Shown here: one piece after another, positions 44,781 through 54,760 of the stretch
Numbering within the stretch: position 1 is the first letter of the stretch
Layout: every line of letters starts with the position of its first letter
IMG/VR virus record: IMGVR_UViG_3300027869_000002
Span: 1-62,756 of that record
DNA from: a virus
Taxonomy: Duplodnaviria; Caudoviricetes
Reading direction: 5' to 3' (one strand)
DNA: 62,756 bases
Position numbers and translations under genes: made by a program
Notes under the pieces: model-generated
Told to the model about the DNA's origin: nothing
What the model saw: the letters and a program-made list of their open reading frames with translations, nothing else
Database searches by the model: none

Positions 44781-46548
44781 GGCTCAACTCCTCTTTGGCT
44801 TTTCGTGCTGCGAGGTCCCGATAGACCGCGATTTTGATGGCGCCCACCGCGCGCGCTAATTCGCGGCCGGTAGCGGCGGGTTCGTCGGCTTTCCAGTCGC
44901 CCGAGCGCTTCTGCATGCCGGAAATATATTCCTGGACGAAGGAAACGACTTCGGTTGACGGCGGGTCGCTGGGGTTCACTGAATCGAGGCGCATCATGAC
45001 CGCGCCGACCTGGGTAGCGACTTCCGCCACGGCGTAAAGCACGGGCGTAAACGCCTTCTGAAAGTCGCGTAAGTCCGGCTTATCGCGGGCTAAAACGCGC
45101 TGCAATGCGTCCTGAAACACGCGGGAATAGGCGCGGATAAAGCGCTGATCTTCGGCGGGCGGCGTTTTCTTCTTGGGGTCTGGTTCGGACTCTCCGCCCG
45201 TGCCGTCGCTTCCGTCCTGCGAGTTCGGATCACCCGGCGACAATGCCAGCGGGTCCGAGGCATCCATCATGTTGACCGGCATCCAGTAGGTTTGCCCGGC
45301 CTTTCCGCCGATCGGATTCCAGTCCAGGAAGAACTCGCGGATATCGTCGGTATTGGCCAGGCCCCACTGCTTCAGGACCGTGATAATCTTCGCCCGGCTC
45401 TCGCTGTCCGGCGTCAGGAGTTCCTGATAATAGAAGCCGGGAAAGAACTTGTTCGCGGTGCGCCCAGTCTTCACAAACAGCTTGCGCTTGAATTCCTGTT
45501 GCAGCGGCTTGAACCACGGCCGCAGGGTATACTGCACCAGCTCGATGGCTTCCTGCTCGGCCGAAGAACGGTTGACCCTGCCCGACTCGCCCAGCATGCG
45601 GACGGGAACGTGGAAGATAGCCGCGATCTCTTCGCGCTGGTGCTTTCTCGTTTCGAGGAACTGCGCTTCGTTCGGTTTGATGTCCGAGGGCTTCCAGATC
45701 ATCCCGCCCTCGATCACCATGGGGCGGAGCATGTTTTCCCCGCCGTAGGCTTCGTTGATCGAGCGCTTGAAGTTCTCCATGGCCTTGGGCTCCATGGTGT
45801 GCGGGATCTCAACGACGCCCGTGGGGCGGATGCCGTTCGCAAAGAACTTGCCGCCGAACTTCTCCGCCGCGAGTGACAGCCCCATCACTTGCCGCGTGAG
45901 TTCAATAACGGGCTTGCCGAGTCTCCCGTCCAAAGACAGGCCCGGCACGTGCAGCATGTTGTCCGCGAGGATCAGGCGCGGCTCGCGCGGCGCGTTCTCC
46001 TCAAACGGATGGCCGTCGGTGGTCTCATAGATGATCTTGCCGAACGGGACCATCTCGCCCTGCACCATCAGCGGAACGACAACTCGGCGGGGCTTGGTGG
46101 AGATGGGAGACCGCGGCCACAGCCCGATTACCCGGTTCGCCTGGTCGCGTTCGATTTCGGCATAGGCATTGGTCCACAAAAGCGCGTGGGCCATATACGT
46201 CTTGATGAACGTGAACGCGGTCATCTCCTCGTTCGGTTCGTCGTGCAGGATGAAGTGCAGGTCCTGCTCGTAGGCCAGGCGCTTGCCCCTGGGGTCCAGT
46301 TGCTCGTAGACGTTCAGGTCCGTGGCGGCCATGGCGCCCGAGACGAGATCGACGCACGAATAGACCGTGGCGATTTGCAGCGCGGTGAGTTCGGAAACGC
46401 GGATGCCGGAGTCCGTCCGGCCGCCGTTGAAGATATCGAGCAACCATTCTGCTGGGTAGCTCAACGGAGTCATCGGATTTTCGAGCGATGATCGAAATTC
46501 CGGCAGAAAGCCTGCCACGCCCGCACTGATTCTCTGGAGTAGTCCCAC
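44740..46548 (-). CDS. Portal protein (HK97 family)
   Basis: VYSCVDLVS, MLHVPGLSLDG, FFANG, AQFLETRK..REEIAAIFHVP. Confidence 0.95.
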   Translation of the reverse strand: MGLLQRISAGVAGFLPEFRSSLENPMTPLSYPAEWLLDIFNGGRTDSGIRVSELTALQIATVYSCVDLVSGAMAATDLNVYEQLDPRGKRLAYEQDLHFILHDEPNEEMTAFTFIKTYMAHALLWTNAYAEIERDQANRVIGLWPRSPISTKPRRVVVPLMVQGEMVPFGKIIYETTDGHPFEENAPREPRLILADNMLHVPGLSLDGRLGKPVIELTRQVMGLSLAAEKFGGKFFANGIRPTGVVEIPHTMEPKAMENFKRSINEAYGGENMLRPMVIEGGMIWKPSDIKPNEAQFLETRKHQREEIAAIFHVPVRMLGESGRVNRSSAEQEAIELVQYTLRPWFKPLQQEFKRKLFVKTGRTANKFFPGFYYQELLTPDSESRAKIITVLKQWGLANTDDIREFFLDWNPIGGKAGQTYWMPVNMMDASDPLALSPGDPNSQDGSDGTGGESEPDPKKKTPPAEDQRFIRAYSRVFQDALQRVLARDKPDLRDFQKAFTPVLYAVAEVATQVGAVMMRLDSVNPSDPPSTEVVSFVQEYISGMQKRSGDWKADEPAATGRELARAVGAIKIAVYRDLAARKAKEELSHEQAEDRIPQLEN

Positions 46549-46733
46549 GGTGAGAGTTGGAAATGAGGTTGCTAAGTGACTGGCGGTCGGAAACTATCTG
46601 ATCACGCCAAGCTGAAACAGCAGGCTGAAGAACGCGCCCACTAGCGCGCCCGCCGCGAAGCTCAAGGCCAGCGCCAGAAACCAGGTAACGGCTATGTCGG
46701 CTCCGCGCGGAACTGTGACCCCGCCGAATCCGC

Positions 46734-46940
46734 TCATTCCGCCTTCTTGTGACTTATCTTGCTACCCGACGAAGATGTGACAAAGGCCCACGCGAACAGC
46801 AGCCCGCCCGCGAGCAGCAGCGCGGACCGCCACGACCAGCACGCCACCGCGCCCACAATCATGGCCAGGCCGATGAGTGCGGCCAGGCCGCGGGCAGCAG
46901 CGGCGCCCGCTTCCAGACGATTCTGGACCGGGCTGCTCAT
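46734..46940 (-). CDS. Small membrane protein
   Basis: Two hydrophobic helices; typical terL-portal position. Confidence 0.6.
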   Translation of the reverse strand: MSSPVQNRLEAGAAAARGLAALIGLAMIVGAVACWSWRSALLLAGGLLFAWAFVTSSSGSKISHKKAE

Positions 46941-47476
46941 ATGGACTTCACGACGAACGGCCTGCGCACGCCAGCGCTGTGGCGCTCAGCGGCTCCGAGG
47001 GCCAGGGCCATCCGGTCCACCGCAGACAGGTTCATGTCTTTCGTCGCGAATAGTGCGCCGCAGGCTATCTGGTTTCCACATCCGCAGGCGTCGTAGCCGT
47101 CCAGAGATTCGCCCACCTGGTAATCGCTCTGCACGCTGAACAGCCGGCCGCGAAACCCTACCAGAAATGTGCCGGCGGATTCCACGTCCTTGTCTTTGGT
47201 GGCGAAGCCGCCGGCCTTGAGGCAGTCGCGAACGGCGTTCACGAACGTGGTGCACATGAAGCCGTAAACGTTCTGGCCCTCCGCCATCACGGGCGGGGAG
47301 AAGGAATAGCGGAGCAGCTGGCCCATCCGGAACGAGGACGTGAAGCCGAAGAGAAACTCACCATTCTGGAAAACCTTCGGATCAGCCCGGACGGTCAAAT
47401 CGAACCCCGCAACGCCCGCGCTATCGCCGCCAATCCAGACCTTACCCTGCTCGCAGAATCCCGCGATGGCGGTCAT
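46937..47476 (-). CDS. Ntn-hydrolase (HslV/proteasome beta-like) protein
   Basis: N-terminal MT, IGGDS, PKVF, ACGCG...GAL. Confidence 0.7.
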   Translation of the reverse strand: MTAIAGFCEQGKVWIGGDSAGVAGFDLTVRADPKVFQNGEFLFGFTSSFRMGQLLRYSFSPPVMAEGQNVYGFMCTTFVNAVRDCLKAGGFATKDKDVESAGTFLVGFRGRLFSVQSDYQVGESLDGYDACGCGNQIACGALFATKDMNLSAVDRMALALGAAERHSAGVRRPFVVKSI

Positions 47477-49134
47477 ACAACCACCGGCCCGTTATCAAAG
47501 ATGGACTTCCGGTACTTCGGCTGGTTCTCAAACAGGATCGCCCGGCACAATGCATCGACCGTAGCCGAGAGACCGTCAATCCTGCTCGATTCTCTCTCGC
47601 GGTCCGGCTTCTTAAACATGGTGAGATCGTTCTTTCTGACCAGCGACGCGCAGGAAGCGTTCCACCGCAGTACCGGATGATTCCCGTGGTGCAGTCTGCC
47701 CTGGCTGATCAGCTCCAGGATTTTCTTCGTCGGTTCGTGCAGCGTGACCAGCCCCTGCTTCACATCCATGCACTCGTATCCGTTCTCGATCATGGGAACG
47801 GAGATCTGGTGCGAGTTATAAGGGTCCCAGCAGAATTGCTCGACCTCGAACATTTGCGCGCCCCACTTCAAGCGCTCCTCGATGTCCCGATAATCGATGC
47901 ACGCGCCCGGGCAGGTTTCAATCCAGCCCTCCTCCACCCAGCGTTCGTAGGGCATGCCGTCTTTGCGCTGCAGCTTCAATACCGCGTCCTGGGGCATCCA
48001 GAAAAACGGGATCACCTCATACTGCGGGAGCAGCTCGAGTGCCGGCCCGAAGCCCTCCGTCAGAAACACAAACGCCACCGCCGACAGGTCCGTGGTCATG
48101 GAGAGATCGACGCCCACCCAGCAGCGCCGTTCGATAAACCGCTTCAGCAGCCCGTCCGGCAGCCGGCGCAATTTATCCTCGGGAAGCTTCGATCGGAGGG
48201 GCGCCGCCACCCAATCCGTCGGGCAGGCGTCCCACTTGATCATGTCGATGGCCCGGTCCTCTTTCTGATCCCAGACGTTGAGGAAGTACCGTTTGAACGA
48301 GGTGAGCTGGCCTTCTGCCAGGGCCGAGACGTATTCCTTGGCGATCTTTTCGAGCGGCAGGAATCCGCCGTTGGGAATGAGCGATGGATTCGCCTTGATC
48401 CAGGTAGCCGGTAAGGAGGGGTCGTCGGTTGGTGCGGCGCCATAGAGCCGCCCGAAGAACCTGGGGTCGGATACGATGCCTTCCTGGATCTTGCGGGTCT
48501 TCTCGTGCAGTCGCCAGGCCAGGGGTGATTCCGATTGCACGCCCGCCGTGGTGATCGCCACCGTGAGCGTCTGCTTGCGGGTGATGCCGCCCTTCGAGAG
48601 TACGTCCCAGTTCTCTTGCTGCTTGCGCGTCTTCCAGCGGTGCACTTCATCCGCCACCACGAAGGCCGGGTTCACGCCGTCCCCGAGATCTCCATCCGCC
48701 GCGATCGCGGCATAGAAGCTGTCCGGGTCGGAGCGCTTCAGAATCCGGTTCGTTCCACGCAGGATGCGGAACTGCCTCTGCAGTAGCGGCGACTGCTCCA
48801 CCATTTTGCAGGCGGCCCGGTAGACATTCATCGCCTGGCGGGTGGCAGCCGCGGCCCCGTAGACCTGGCAGCCAGGCGCAGAGGTGCAGAGCGATACCCA
48901 CAGCACCAGGCCCGCGGCGAATTCGGTCTTGCCTGCTTTTTTCGGCACTTCCAAGTACACCTGTTCGATCAGCCGGTTACCGTCGTCGCCGAGAGTCCCG
49001 AAGACCTGGACCAGCACTTCCTCCTGCCAGGGCGTGAGCAGGAACGGTTTACCCCAATACTCATCGGCTGAGTGTTTGAGGACGCCCTCGAAGAAGTTGC
49101 AGGCGGCGTCCGCGGCTTGCTGCGAGAAGGGCAC
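47473..49134 (-). CDS. terL: Terminase large subunit
   Basis: LTPWQ, VPKKAGKT (Walker A), VVADEVH (Walker B), ITTAG, GVDLS, RIDG. Confidence 0.95.
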   Translation of the reverse strand: MPFSQQAADAACNFFEGVLKHSADEYWGKPFLLTPWQEEVLVQVFGTLGDDGNRLIEQVYLEVPKKAGKTEFAAGLVLWVSLCTSAPGCQVYGAAAATRQAMNVYRAACKMVEQSPLLQRQFRILRGTNRILKRSDPDSFYAAIAADGDLGDGVNPAFVVADEVHRWKTRKQQENWDVLSKGGITRKQTLTVAITTAGVQSESPLAWRLHEKTRKIQEGIVSDPRFFGRLYGAAPTDDPSLPATWIKANPSLIPNGGFLPLEKIAKEYVSALAEGQLTSFKRYFLNVWDQKEDRAIDMIKWDACPTDWVAAPLRSKLPEDKLRRLPDGLLKRFIERRCWVGVDLSMTTDLSAVAFVFLTEGFGPALELLPQYEVIPFFWMPQDAVLKLQRKDGMPYERWVEEGWIETCPGACIDYRDIEERLKWGAQMFEVEQFCWDPYNSHQISVPMIENGYECMDVKQGLVTLHEPTKKILELISQGRLHHGNHPVLRWNASCASLVRKNDLTMFKKPDRERESSRIDGLSATVDALCRAILFENQPKYRKSIFDNGPVVV

Positions 49135-49167
49135 ATTCGCTAAGCTCTAGGCAAAGGAGAATCAGAC

Positions 49168-49365
49168 GTGGACGAAACCACGGCAACAATCAAAAACGAA
49201 TGGCTCGAAAGGTCGTTAGCGGCTGGCATCCCCGGATGCGACAAGCGGATAGCCGGGCTGCTCTTCGACAAAATCGAGACGGATCCGCTGTTTCAGAAGG
49301 TCGTCGTGAGTATGGCGGCTCATTTCAGCGGCTCCAAACAAACCCAACACGCGGGCGGCGTCTAA
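49168..49365 (+). CDS. Hypothetical protein, antisense
   Basis: AAGGAG RBS. Confidence 0.55.
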   Translation: MDETTATIKNEWLERSLAAGIPGCDKRIAGLLFDKIETDPLFQKVVVSMAAHFSGSKQTQHAGGV

Positions 49366-49498
49366 CCCCTCGCGTCAACCGTGCGCGGCGCTGCTAGGTG
49401 GCCCTGGTGGCGCCGCGCCGTCTTCGTCCCCGTACCAGGTGGCCCAGCGTCTCAGGGCTTCGGTCTCTTCTGCTGATTTCGGATACTCCACCAGGCGA

Positions 49499-49852
49499 TC
49501 ACTCTTCATCCGTGAGGCCTTCGGGCAGGGGTGGCAGCGGGACGGATTTTCCCACTAGAGCGTGCGTGCAGTCGTTCTGGAAGTTGAGCTGGCCAGCGGT
49601 CAGAATGTAGTGGCAAAGAAACTGCACCGTGTTCCCGTTCGCGTCGCGGACCCATTCTCCCGTCCACTTGCCCGCAACGAAAACCCTCTGTATACCCCAG
49701 TGCTTGAAGCTCGGGGTGAAAGTCGGACGCTCTAAATTTCCATCGAAGGTCCACCCGGACGGAAACGGTAGCCGGTGCATTTCCTGGCAGCCCGGACACC
49801 AGTGACCGTAGCCCCCTTTAACGCGGCGTAACGTGCTGCTGAGCTGTCCCAT
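49499..49852 (-). CDS. DUF6527-like Zn-binding protein
   Basis: HWCPGC..MH...WTFDGN..RPTFTPS...CHYI...DCTHAL.GK. Confidence 0.75.
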   Translation of the reverse strand: MGQLSSTLRRVKGGYGHWCPGCQEMHRLPFPSGWTFDGNLERPTFTPSFKHWGIQRVFVAGKWTGEWVRDANGNTVQFLCHYILTAGQLNFQNDCTHALVGKSVPLPPLPEGLTDEE

Positions 49853-50036
49853 GTATTCGCGTGGCCTTCCCTACCGCGCAGGCCTTGCCACGCCGGGGCG
49901 CGCGGAAGTCGGCTGCGAGTTTGCCGGGCTTATAAGCATCGCAAGAGTCGCCATTGCTATCAGCAGTCCCTTCGTAATGCTTGGCTTCGCATTCTCGTCT
50001 AGCCGTTTCTTTTTCATCGGTACGCTCACCGCCCTC

Positions 50037-50576
50037 TCACTGCACCGTTTCCGGTTTGGGTTTCGCGTCGCGGGGTCGGGAAAGGATCGCCATCAGGTCA
50101 TCCACGCCGGCGTCCTTCTTCTCGAGCGTCAGGCGCGTGCGGCTCACGGGTGACAATCCAAACTCGGAGCAGAAGCTGCGCACCTGCCGCCAGCACATAT
50201 TGCTGAGCCGATTCGCCGGGTGGTTTTTCAGACCGGTGAGAACTTTCTCACCGCTCTCGGCGACGGTCCACTCCTCGAACATCAAGCCTTCGCGGTCCAG
50301 GATCAGATCCGCCTTGACGGCCCGCGCGTAATTAACGCAGGCGCCTTCGAGCATCATGGCGTCCGGCCGGCGGTCGAGGTTCATGGCGGCCAGCTCCTCC
50401 ACCCAGAAATTCCAGGCGAACCGCGCGCGCCCCTTCAAATGCCGCGGGCATTCCGGCAGCCCCTTAGTCGGCCGCGGCTCGGCATCCAGCCGCTCGGCCA
50501 GTTTTTTCACGCCGTGCTTGCGGGGGTCGCCCTCGGCTATCTGCTGCGCGACGGGTTTCGGCTTGCGCCCTCTCAT
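50037..50576 (-). CDS. terS: Terminase small subunit (P27 family)
   Basis: MRGRKPKP...GDP...CPRHL...NHPA...SEFGLSPVSRTRL. Confidence 0.92.
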   Translation of the reverse strand: MRGRKPKPVAQQIAEGDPRKHGVKKLAERLDAEPRPTKGLPECPRHLKGRARFAWNFWVEELAAMNLDRRPDAMMLEGACVNYARAVKADLILDREGLMFEEWTVAESGEKVLTGLKNHPANRLSNMCWRQVRSFCSEFGLSPVSRTRLTLEKKDAGVDDLMAILSRPRDAKPKPETVQ

Positions 50577-51091
50577 TCGATCTTGAGGCCGGTCTCTGTA
50601 TGGCGCCGGGGTACGAGCATGCGCACGGGGCGGACCTTGACGGCCGGCTCCTTCGCGAGCGCCCGCGCGGTGGTGAGGAAGCGCAGCGCCGTATTCATGT
50701 TCCAGCCGGCCGGGTGAACGGTAGTTACCTGCTTCTCGTTGCCCGCCATATCCTGCTGTGTCACGCGCGTGACGTCCGCCAGCGGGAACGCGAGCATGTC
50801 GTCCGCCTTGGCCAGCAGCTTGTCCCGGACCGCGGCTTCCCGATCGGCGGGTGCCGGTTTCTGCCCGGTATCAAATGATACTGCCCGCTCCGTCCACTTC
50901 CAGGCCTTCGACCACTTGGCCAGCATCGCCTGGCTCTTCCCGGTGGTGGCGGCCAGGGCGTGTAGCGTCCGGGCGGGCCCCATCGTCAAGAACGACTCGA
51001 GTGCGCGGTAGGCCGCCGGGGTCTCGCCGGGGAGCCGGTCGATGGTTAACATGCGAATCCGCTTGACTTCAGAGCGTCGACAGAGCGACAC
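50573..51091 (-). CDS. HTH protein of the packaging module
   Basis: ETPAAYRA...MGPARTL...WSKAWKWTERA..FD. Confidence 0.7.
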   Translation of the reverse strand: MSLCRRSEVKRIRMLTIDRLPGETPAAYRALESFLTMGPARTLHALAATTGKSQAMLAKWSKAWKWTERAVSFDTGQKPAPADREAAVRDKLLAKADDMLAFPLADVTRVTQQDMAGNEKQVTTVHPAGWNMNTALRFLTTARALAKEPAVKVRPVRMLVPRRHTETGLKIE

Positions 51092-51097
51092 ATCGAT

Positions 51098-51742
51098 GTG
51101 CGCAAAGGAGCGCCAGAAACGATGCTATACGTGATCGACAACGACAACGATGTAACCTACGGCAAGCTGGCCCGAGACATAGAACCGGGAAGCGCGGTCT
51201 TCGCCAGCCTCTCCGATCTGGATATCGCCACCAACGGCTGGCCCATGGCCCGCCTGGTCGAGATCTGGAACGGCTTCGCCGGGGTGGTGCCCTTCGACGA
51301 CCTGAAACCGGTCCAAAAGTTCATGGACCGCAAGACGGCTCTGTCACGGCTGTGGAACGCGGTCCGGCGCCTTTCGAACCACAAGGCCACAGAAACGGCC
51401 AGCCCCGCGCCCGTGTCGCCCGACGTTGCGCCCGCGGCCAACGGGAGCGACAATGCACCCATGCCGAAAACCAAAGCCAAGGGCGCTAAACCCGCCGCAA
51501 AGAAGGCCCAATCGAAGAAGGCCGCCAAGCCGGCTGCTGAGCGGGACAGCAAAAAGGCCTCGGTGATCGAAATGATGAGCCGCAAGGGCGGCGCCACCCT
51601 GGCCGAGGTCATGAAGGCCACAGGCTGGCAGCCCCACACCGTGCGCGGCTTCGTAGCCGGGACGCTCGGCAAGAAGATGGGCCTGACCGTCGAATCGACC
51701 AAGTCGGAGGCCGGCGAGCGGACGTATCGGATTGCCGGTTAG
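51098..51742 (+). CDS. DUF3489-domain protein, antisense
   Basis: SKKASVIEMMSRKGGATLAEVMKATGWQPHTVRGF...RTYRI. Confidence 0.88.
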   Translation: MRKGAPETMLYVIDNDNDVTYGKLARDIEPGSAVFASLSDLDIATNGWPMARLVEIWNGFAGVVPFDDLKPVQKFMDRKTALSRLWNAVRRLSNHKATETASPAPVSPDVAPAANGSDNAPMPKTKAKGAKPAAKKAQSKKAAKPAAERDSKKASVIEMMSRKGGATLAEVMKATGWQPHTVRGFVAGTLGKKMGLTVESTKSEAGERTYRIAG

Positions 51743-53058
51743 GCGGCCACGGGGACGCGAGCGCGCGCCAGATCGTCAAAGGCGCGCCCGTCCCCGTCGA
51801 GGGACGCCGCCTTGCCGGTGAAGGCCTGCCAGCGCTTTACAATCACATCCACGTACCTGGGGTCCAGCTCCATCAGCCTTGCATCCCGTCCGTTTTTCTC
51901 GCAGGCGATCAGCGTGGAGCCGGAGCCGCCGAAGCTATCCAGGACCACATCTCCCGTCTTGCTGCTGTTGACCAGCGCCCGCTCAATCAGCGCCACCGGC
52001 TTCTGGGTCGGGTGCACGTATTTCCCGCCGGTATCTGAGCCGGGCTTGTCATAGTGATCGGTCGCGATCTCTACGATGGTGGTCTGCGTCCGATCGCCGC
52101 ACCACTCGTGGGGCGCGCCGTCCTTCCAGCCGTAGAGGATGGGCTCGTGCATCCAGTGATAATCGGAGCGCCCAAAAACCAGGACCGTCTTCTTCCAGAT
52201 GAGGCAGCTCTTCAGCTTCCACGGCTGCGCGATGAAGGCGTTGCGGAAGTGGTGGCCTTCGGTGTCGGCGTGGCAGATGTAAATCGCGCCGCCCGGCTTT
52301 AGGTTGAGATCGATCGCGCCATATACCTCGTCCAGAAAGGCGCGGAAGGCCTCCGGGGTCTTGGTGTCGTTTTTGATCTTGCCCAGCTTGTGGGCCTTGC
52401 GCTGGGGCGAGAAATAGGAGGCGCGCGCCTCGGGATCGTAGTCGACGTTGTACGGCGGGTCGGTGAAAACCATGTCCGCCTTGGCGCCTTCCATCAAACG
52501 TTCGGCCGCGTCCACCTGGGTCGCGTCCCCGCACAGCAGGCGATGCCTCCCCAGAATCCACAAATCGCCCAGCACGCTGGCCGGCTGCGCGGGAGGCTCC
52601 GTCGCCGCGTCATCGTCCGTTTGCCCGGGTGCCGGCGGCTGGCTGGCTGCCACGCGGTCGACCAGGTCCCGCAGGGCTGCGTCGTCGTACCCGGTACCCG
52701 TCAGGCCGCCAGGCGAGGCGCTCATCTCCTGCAGCAGCTTGATCAGCTCCGGTTCGTTGTAGCCGGCGACGTCGTTGGTTCGATTGTCGGCCAGCAGGAT
52801 CTGCTTGGCGGTTTTCTCGTCGCACTCTACCCAGATCACCGGGACGACGTCGGCGCCTTTTTTGATAGCCGACTTCCACCGGTGGTTTCCGGCCAGGATG
52901 TAGTCCGTCCCGACCTGCGCCACTACCGCGCCGTAGAATCCGTTCGCCTCGATCGACGCGCAGATGGCGTCCTCGTTGCCCAGGCGCGGATTGGCCGGGT
53001 GTGGCTTCAGCCGCGATGCAGGGCAAGCCGCTTCATAGCCTCGGTTTATGATTCGCAC
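51739..53058 (-). CDS. ParB-N domain fused to N6/N4 DNA methyltransferase
   Basis: LKPHPANPR, ILAGNHR, ADNR; TDPPY, HPTQKP, LDSFGGSGST. Confidence 0.92.
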   Translation of the reverse strand: MRIINRGYEAACPASRLKPHPANPRLGNEDAICASIEANGFYGAVVAQVGTDYILAGNHRWKSAIKKGADVVPVIWVECDEKTAKQILLADNRTNDVAGYNEPELIKLLQEMSASPGGLTGTGYDDAALRDLVDRVAASQPPAPGQTDDDAATEPPAQPASVLGDLWILGRHRLLCGDATQVDAAERLMEGAKADMVFTDPPYNVDYDPEARASYFSPQRKAHKLGKIKNDTKTPEAFRAFLDEVYGAIDLNLKPGGAIYICHADTEGHHFRNAFIAQPWKLKSCLIWKKTVLVFGRSDYHWMHEPILYGWKDGAPHEWCGDRTQTTIVEIATDHYDKPGSDTGGKYVHPTQKPVALIERALVNSSKTGDVVLDSFGGSGSTLIACEKNGRDARLMELDPRYVDVIVKRWQAFTGKAASLDGDGRAFDDLARARVPVAA

Positions 53059-53140
53059 GGGCGTTTTTTCAATTTCGCGGATTTACGCATACGGGACCCT
53101 GACGGCTCCAGCGCCGCGCGGCTGCGGGAAGGAAGACCCC

Positions 53141-53500
53141 CTACCCGGTCGCCTCGCTTCCCGTCTCCCGGCGCGTCTTGAGGGCGTGGCAGCGCGCGCA
53201 GAGGCCTTGCAAGTTATCAAGCGACCAGACGTCGCCGCCGCGCGCGATGGCTATCACGTGATCAGCTTCAGTAGCGGCTGCCACACCGCACGCCTTGCAC
53301 ACCAGGTCACGCTCCAGCACCTGCTGGCGTAGGCGTCGCCAGCGGGGTGAGTTGTAGCGTCCCAGGCCTGGCACCCGCTCGGGGTCTGCGTGACGCGCCC
53401 GCCGGCGCGCCTGGTCGTAGAGCCTGGATGCCGAGTGCTCCGTGCAGTTCAGGAGCGGGCAGCCAGGCTTGGGACACGGGCGCGAGGGCGCTGCGGGCAT
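53141..53500 (-). CDS. Packaging-associated HNH endonuclease
   Basis: RWRRLR..VL.RD..CKAC...EADHVI..GG...NLQGLCARCHALKT. Confidence 0.9.
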   Translation of the reverse strand: MPAAPSRPCPKPGCPLLNCTEHSASRLYDQARRRARHADPERVPGLGRYNSPRWRRLRQQVLERDLVCKACGVAAATEADHVIAIARGGDVWSLDNLQGLCARCHALKTRRETGSEATG

Positions 53501-53751
53501 TAGGCAGCGGGTGGTGCAGGTGGTGCAGGAGGGGTCAGGGCTGCCACTTCCGCCAGGGCGGCCGCGGACAGCGCATTCAGTGTAGTGATGTAGGCGGCCT
53601 GATCGGTGGCGAGCTGTGTCTGCGCCGGTGCTAGCGGTGTAGTGGCGGCTGTGATGGCCGTCTCAATATTCTCCACGTTGGTCACGTCCGCGTTGTAGGT
53701 CGCCTCGGCGGCGGCTGCGGCGGTAATGGCATTGTCGATTGCTGTGTTCAT
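53500..53751 (-). CDS. Ala-rich coiled-coil protein
   Basis: AAGGA RBS; MNTAIDNAITAAAAAEA... Confidence 0.6.
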   Translation of the reverse strand: MNTAIDNAITAAAAAEATYNADVTNVENIETAITAATTPLAPAQTQLATDQAAYITTLNALSAAALAEVAALTPPAPPAPPAA

Positions 53752-53963
53752 TGGGGTGTTTGGTTCCTTGGTTTTAAGAAATTGGTGGGTCTGTTCTGGT
53801 CCCACACGGGATGCTGATCGAATCTCAGTCGCTGCCTGAAGCGGTGATTCACGCAGCGCTCGCACTGGCAAATCTTCTGCCGTGAGCAGGTCTGTCTCTT
53901 CAGCCAGCGCTCTTCCGCCCGCTCGACATGAGCCTTCCGACGTTTGACCGCATGGGCCACTGC

Positions 53964-54371
53964 CTATAGCAAGCAGAGTGCTTCTTCGAGACGGCGCCGG
54001 GCTACCAGGCCTGGCTGTACGTTGCCGTGGCGATCGGTGGTGTGCACCGGGTTGCCGATGGTGTCGTGGCCGGCCAGCACGCTTTCGAGTCTCGAACGGC
54101 CGCAGTTATAACCGAATGAGACGAGCGCTGCGGCGTGAGCAGTGGGAAGATCCTTGACCAGCGCGAACAAGCCAGCCGCGTCTTCACGCAGCCACTCAAC
54201 AGCCTGAGCGTGATTGCAGGTGAGATTCTGGTGCACGTCCTTGGTGTGACCGAATCCTATTGTCCACACGTCGCCCGAGTCACGATATGCGATGTGCTTT
54301 TCGCCTTCGAACGACGCGATCAGCGCGCCGGCAAGTTCTTCGGTGGTGAGTTTGGCCAGGATGTCGCTCAC
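53964..54371 (-). CDS. Endolysin, GH24 lysozyme
   Basis: FEG...AYRDSGDVWTIGFGHT...ALVSFGYNCG...GLVARRRLE. Confidence 0.9.
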   Translation of the reverse strand: MSDILAKLTTEELAGALIASFEGEKHIAYRDSGDVWTIGFGHTKDVHQNLTCNHAQAVEWLREDAAGLFALVKDLPTAHAAALVSFGYNCGRSRLESVLAGHDTIGNPVHTTDRHGNVQPGLVARRRLEEALCLL

Positions 54372-54760
54372 GCGTTCGCCTTCGGTTTCAGCGCACCAAT
54401 AAATAGCGCGAGAGCGTTGCGCGCGGCCACCGCGGCATCGATCGCCGTTGAGAGCGCGCTTTCACCTTCCGGAGTCAGTTTTAAATTGCCTCCGAACTCC
54501 GCAACGATAGCTTCCGCATTCGGCAGCTCGGACATGGCGATCGCGCTGGCGGTTTGCTTCTTGGCTATGCCTGATTGAGCAGTGGTAATGGAGGCCTCGG
54601 CGATGTGGATGCCTTTGGCAATCGCCTGCTCGGCCGCAAGCGCCGGACCGCTCAGCATGGGCGCGATGAAGGGCGTGGCCACTTGCGCGATCTGGTCAGC
54701 GACTCCGACACCGATGAGCGCGTCTTTGGCGATCTTCTTCAGAATAGAGACGAAGCTCAT
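54368..54760 (-). CDS. Hypothetical protein, possibly lysis-associated
   Basis: Amphipathic/hydrophobic; directly upstream of endolysin. Confidence 0.6.
   Translation of the reverse strand: MSFVSILKKIAKDALIGVGVADQIAQVATPFIAPMLSGPALAAEQAIAKGIHIAEASITTAQSGIAKKQTASAIAMSELPNAEAIVAEFGGNLKLTPEGESALSTAIDAAVAARNALALFIGALKPKANA

Noticed and set aside
46652-46665. 14-nt match cgccgcgaagctca to the repeat-family end
   Set aside because: Lies within a probable small membrane ORF and the rest of the ~95-bp unit is absent; likely chance
51739-53058. ParB as evidence of a plasmid partition system
   Set aside because: It is the ParB-N domain commonly fused to packaging-region methylases; no ParA or parS array was seen
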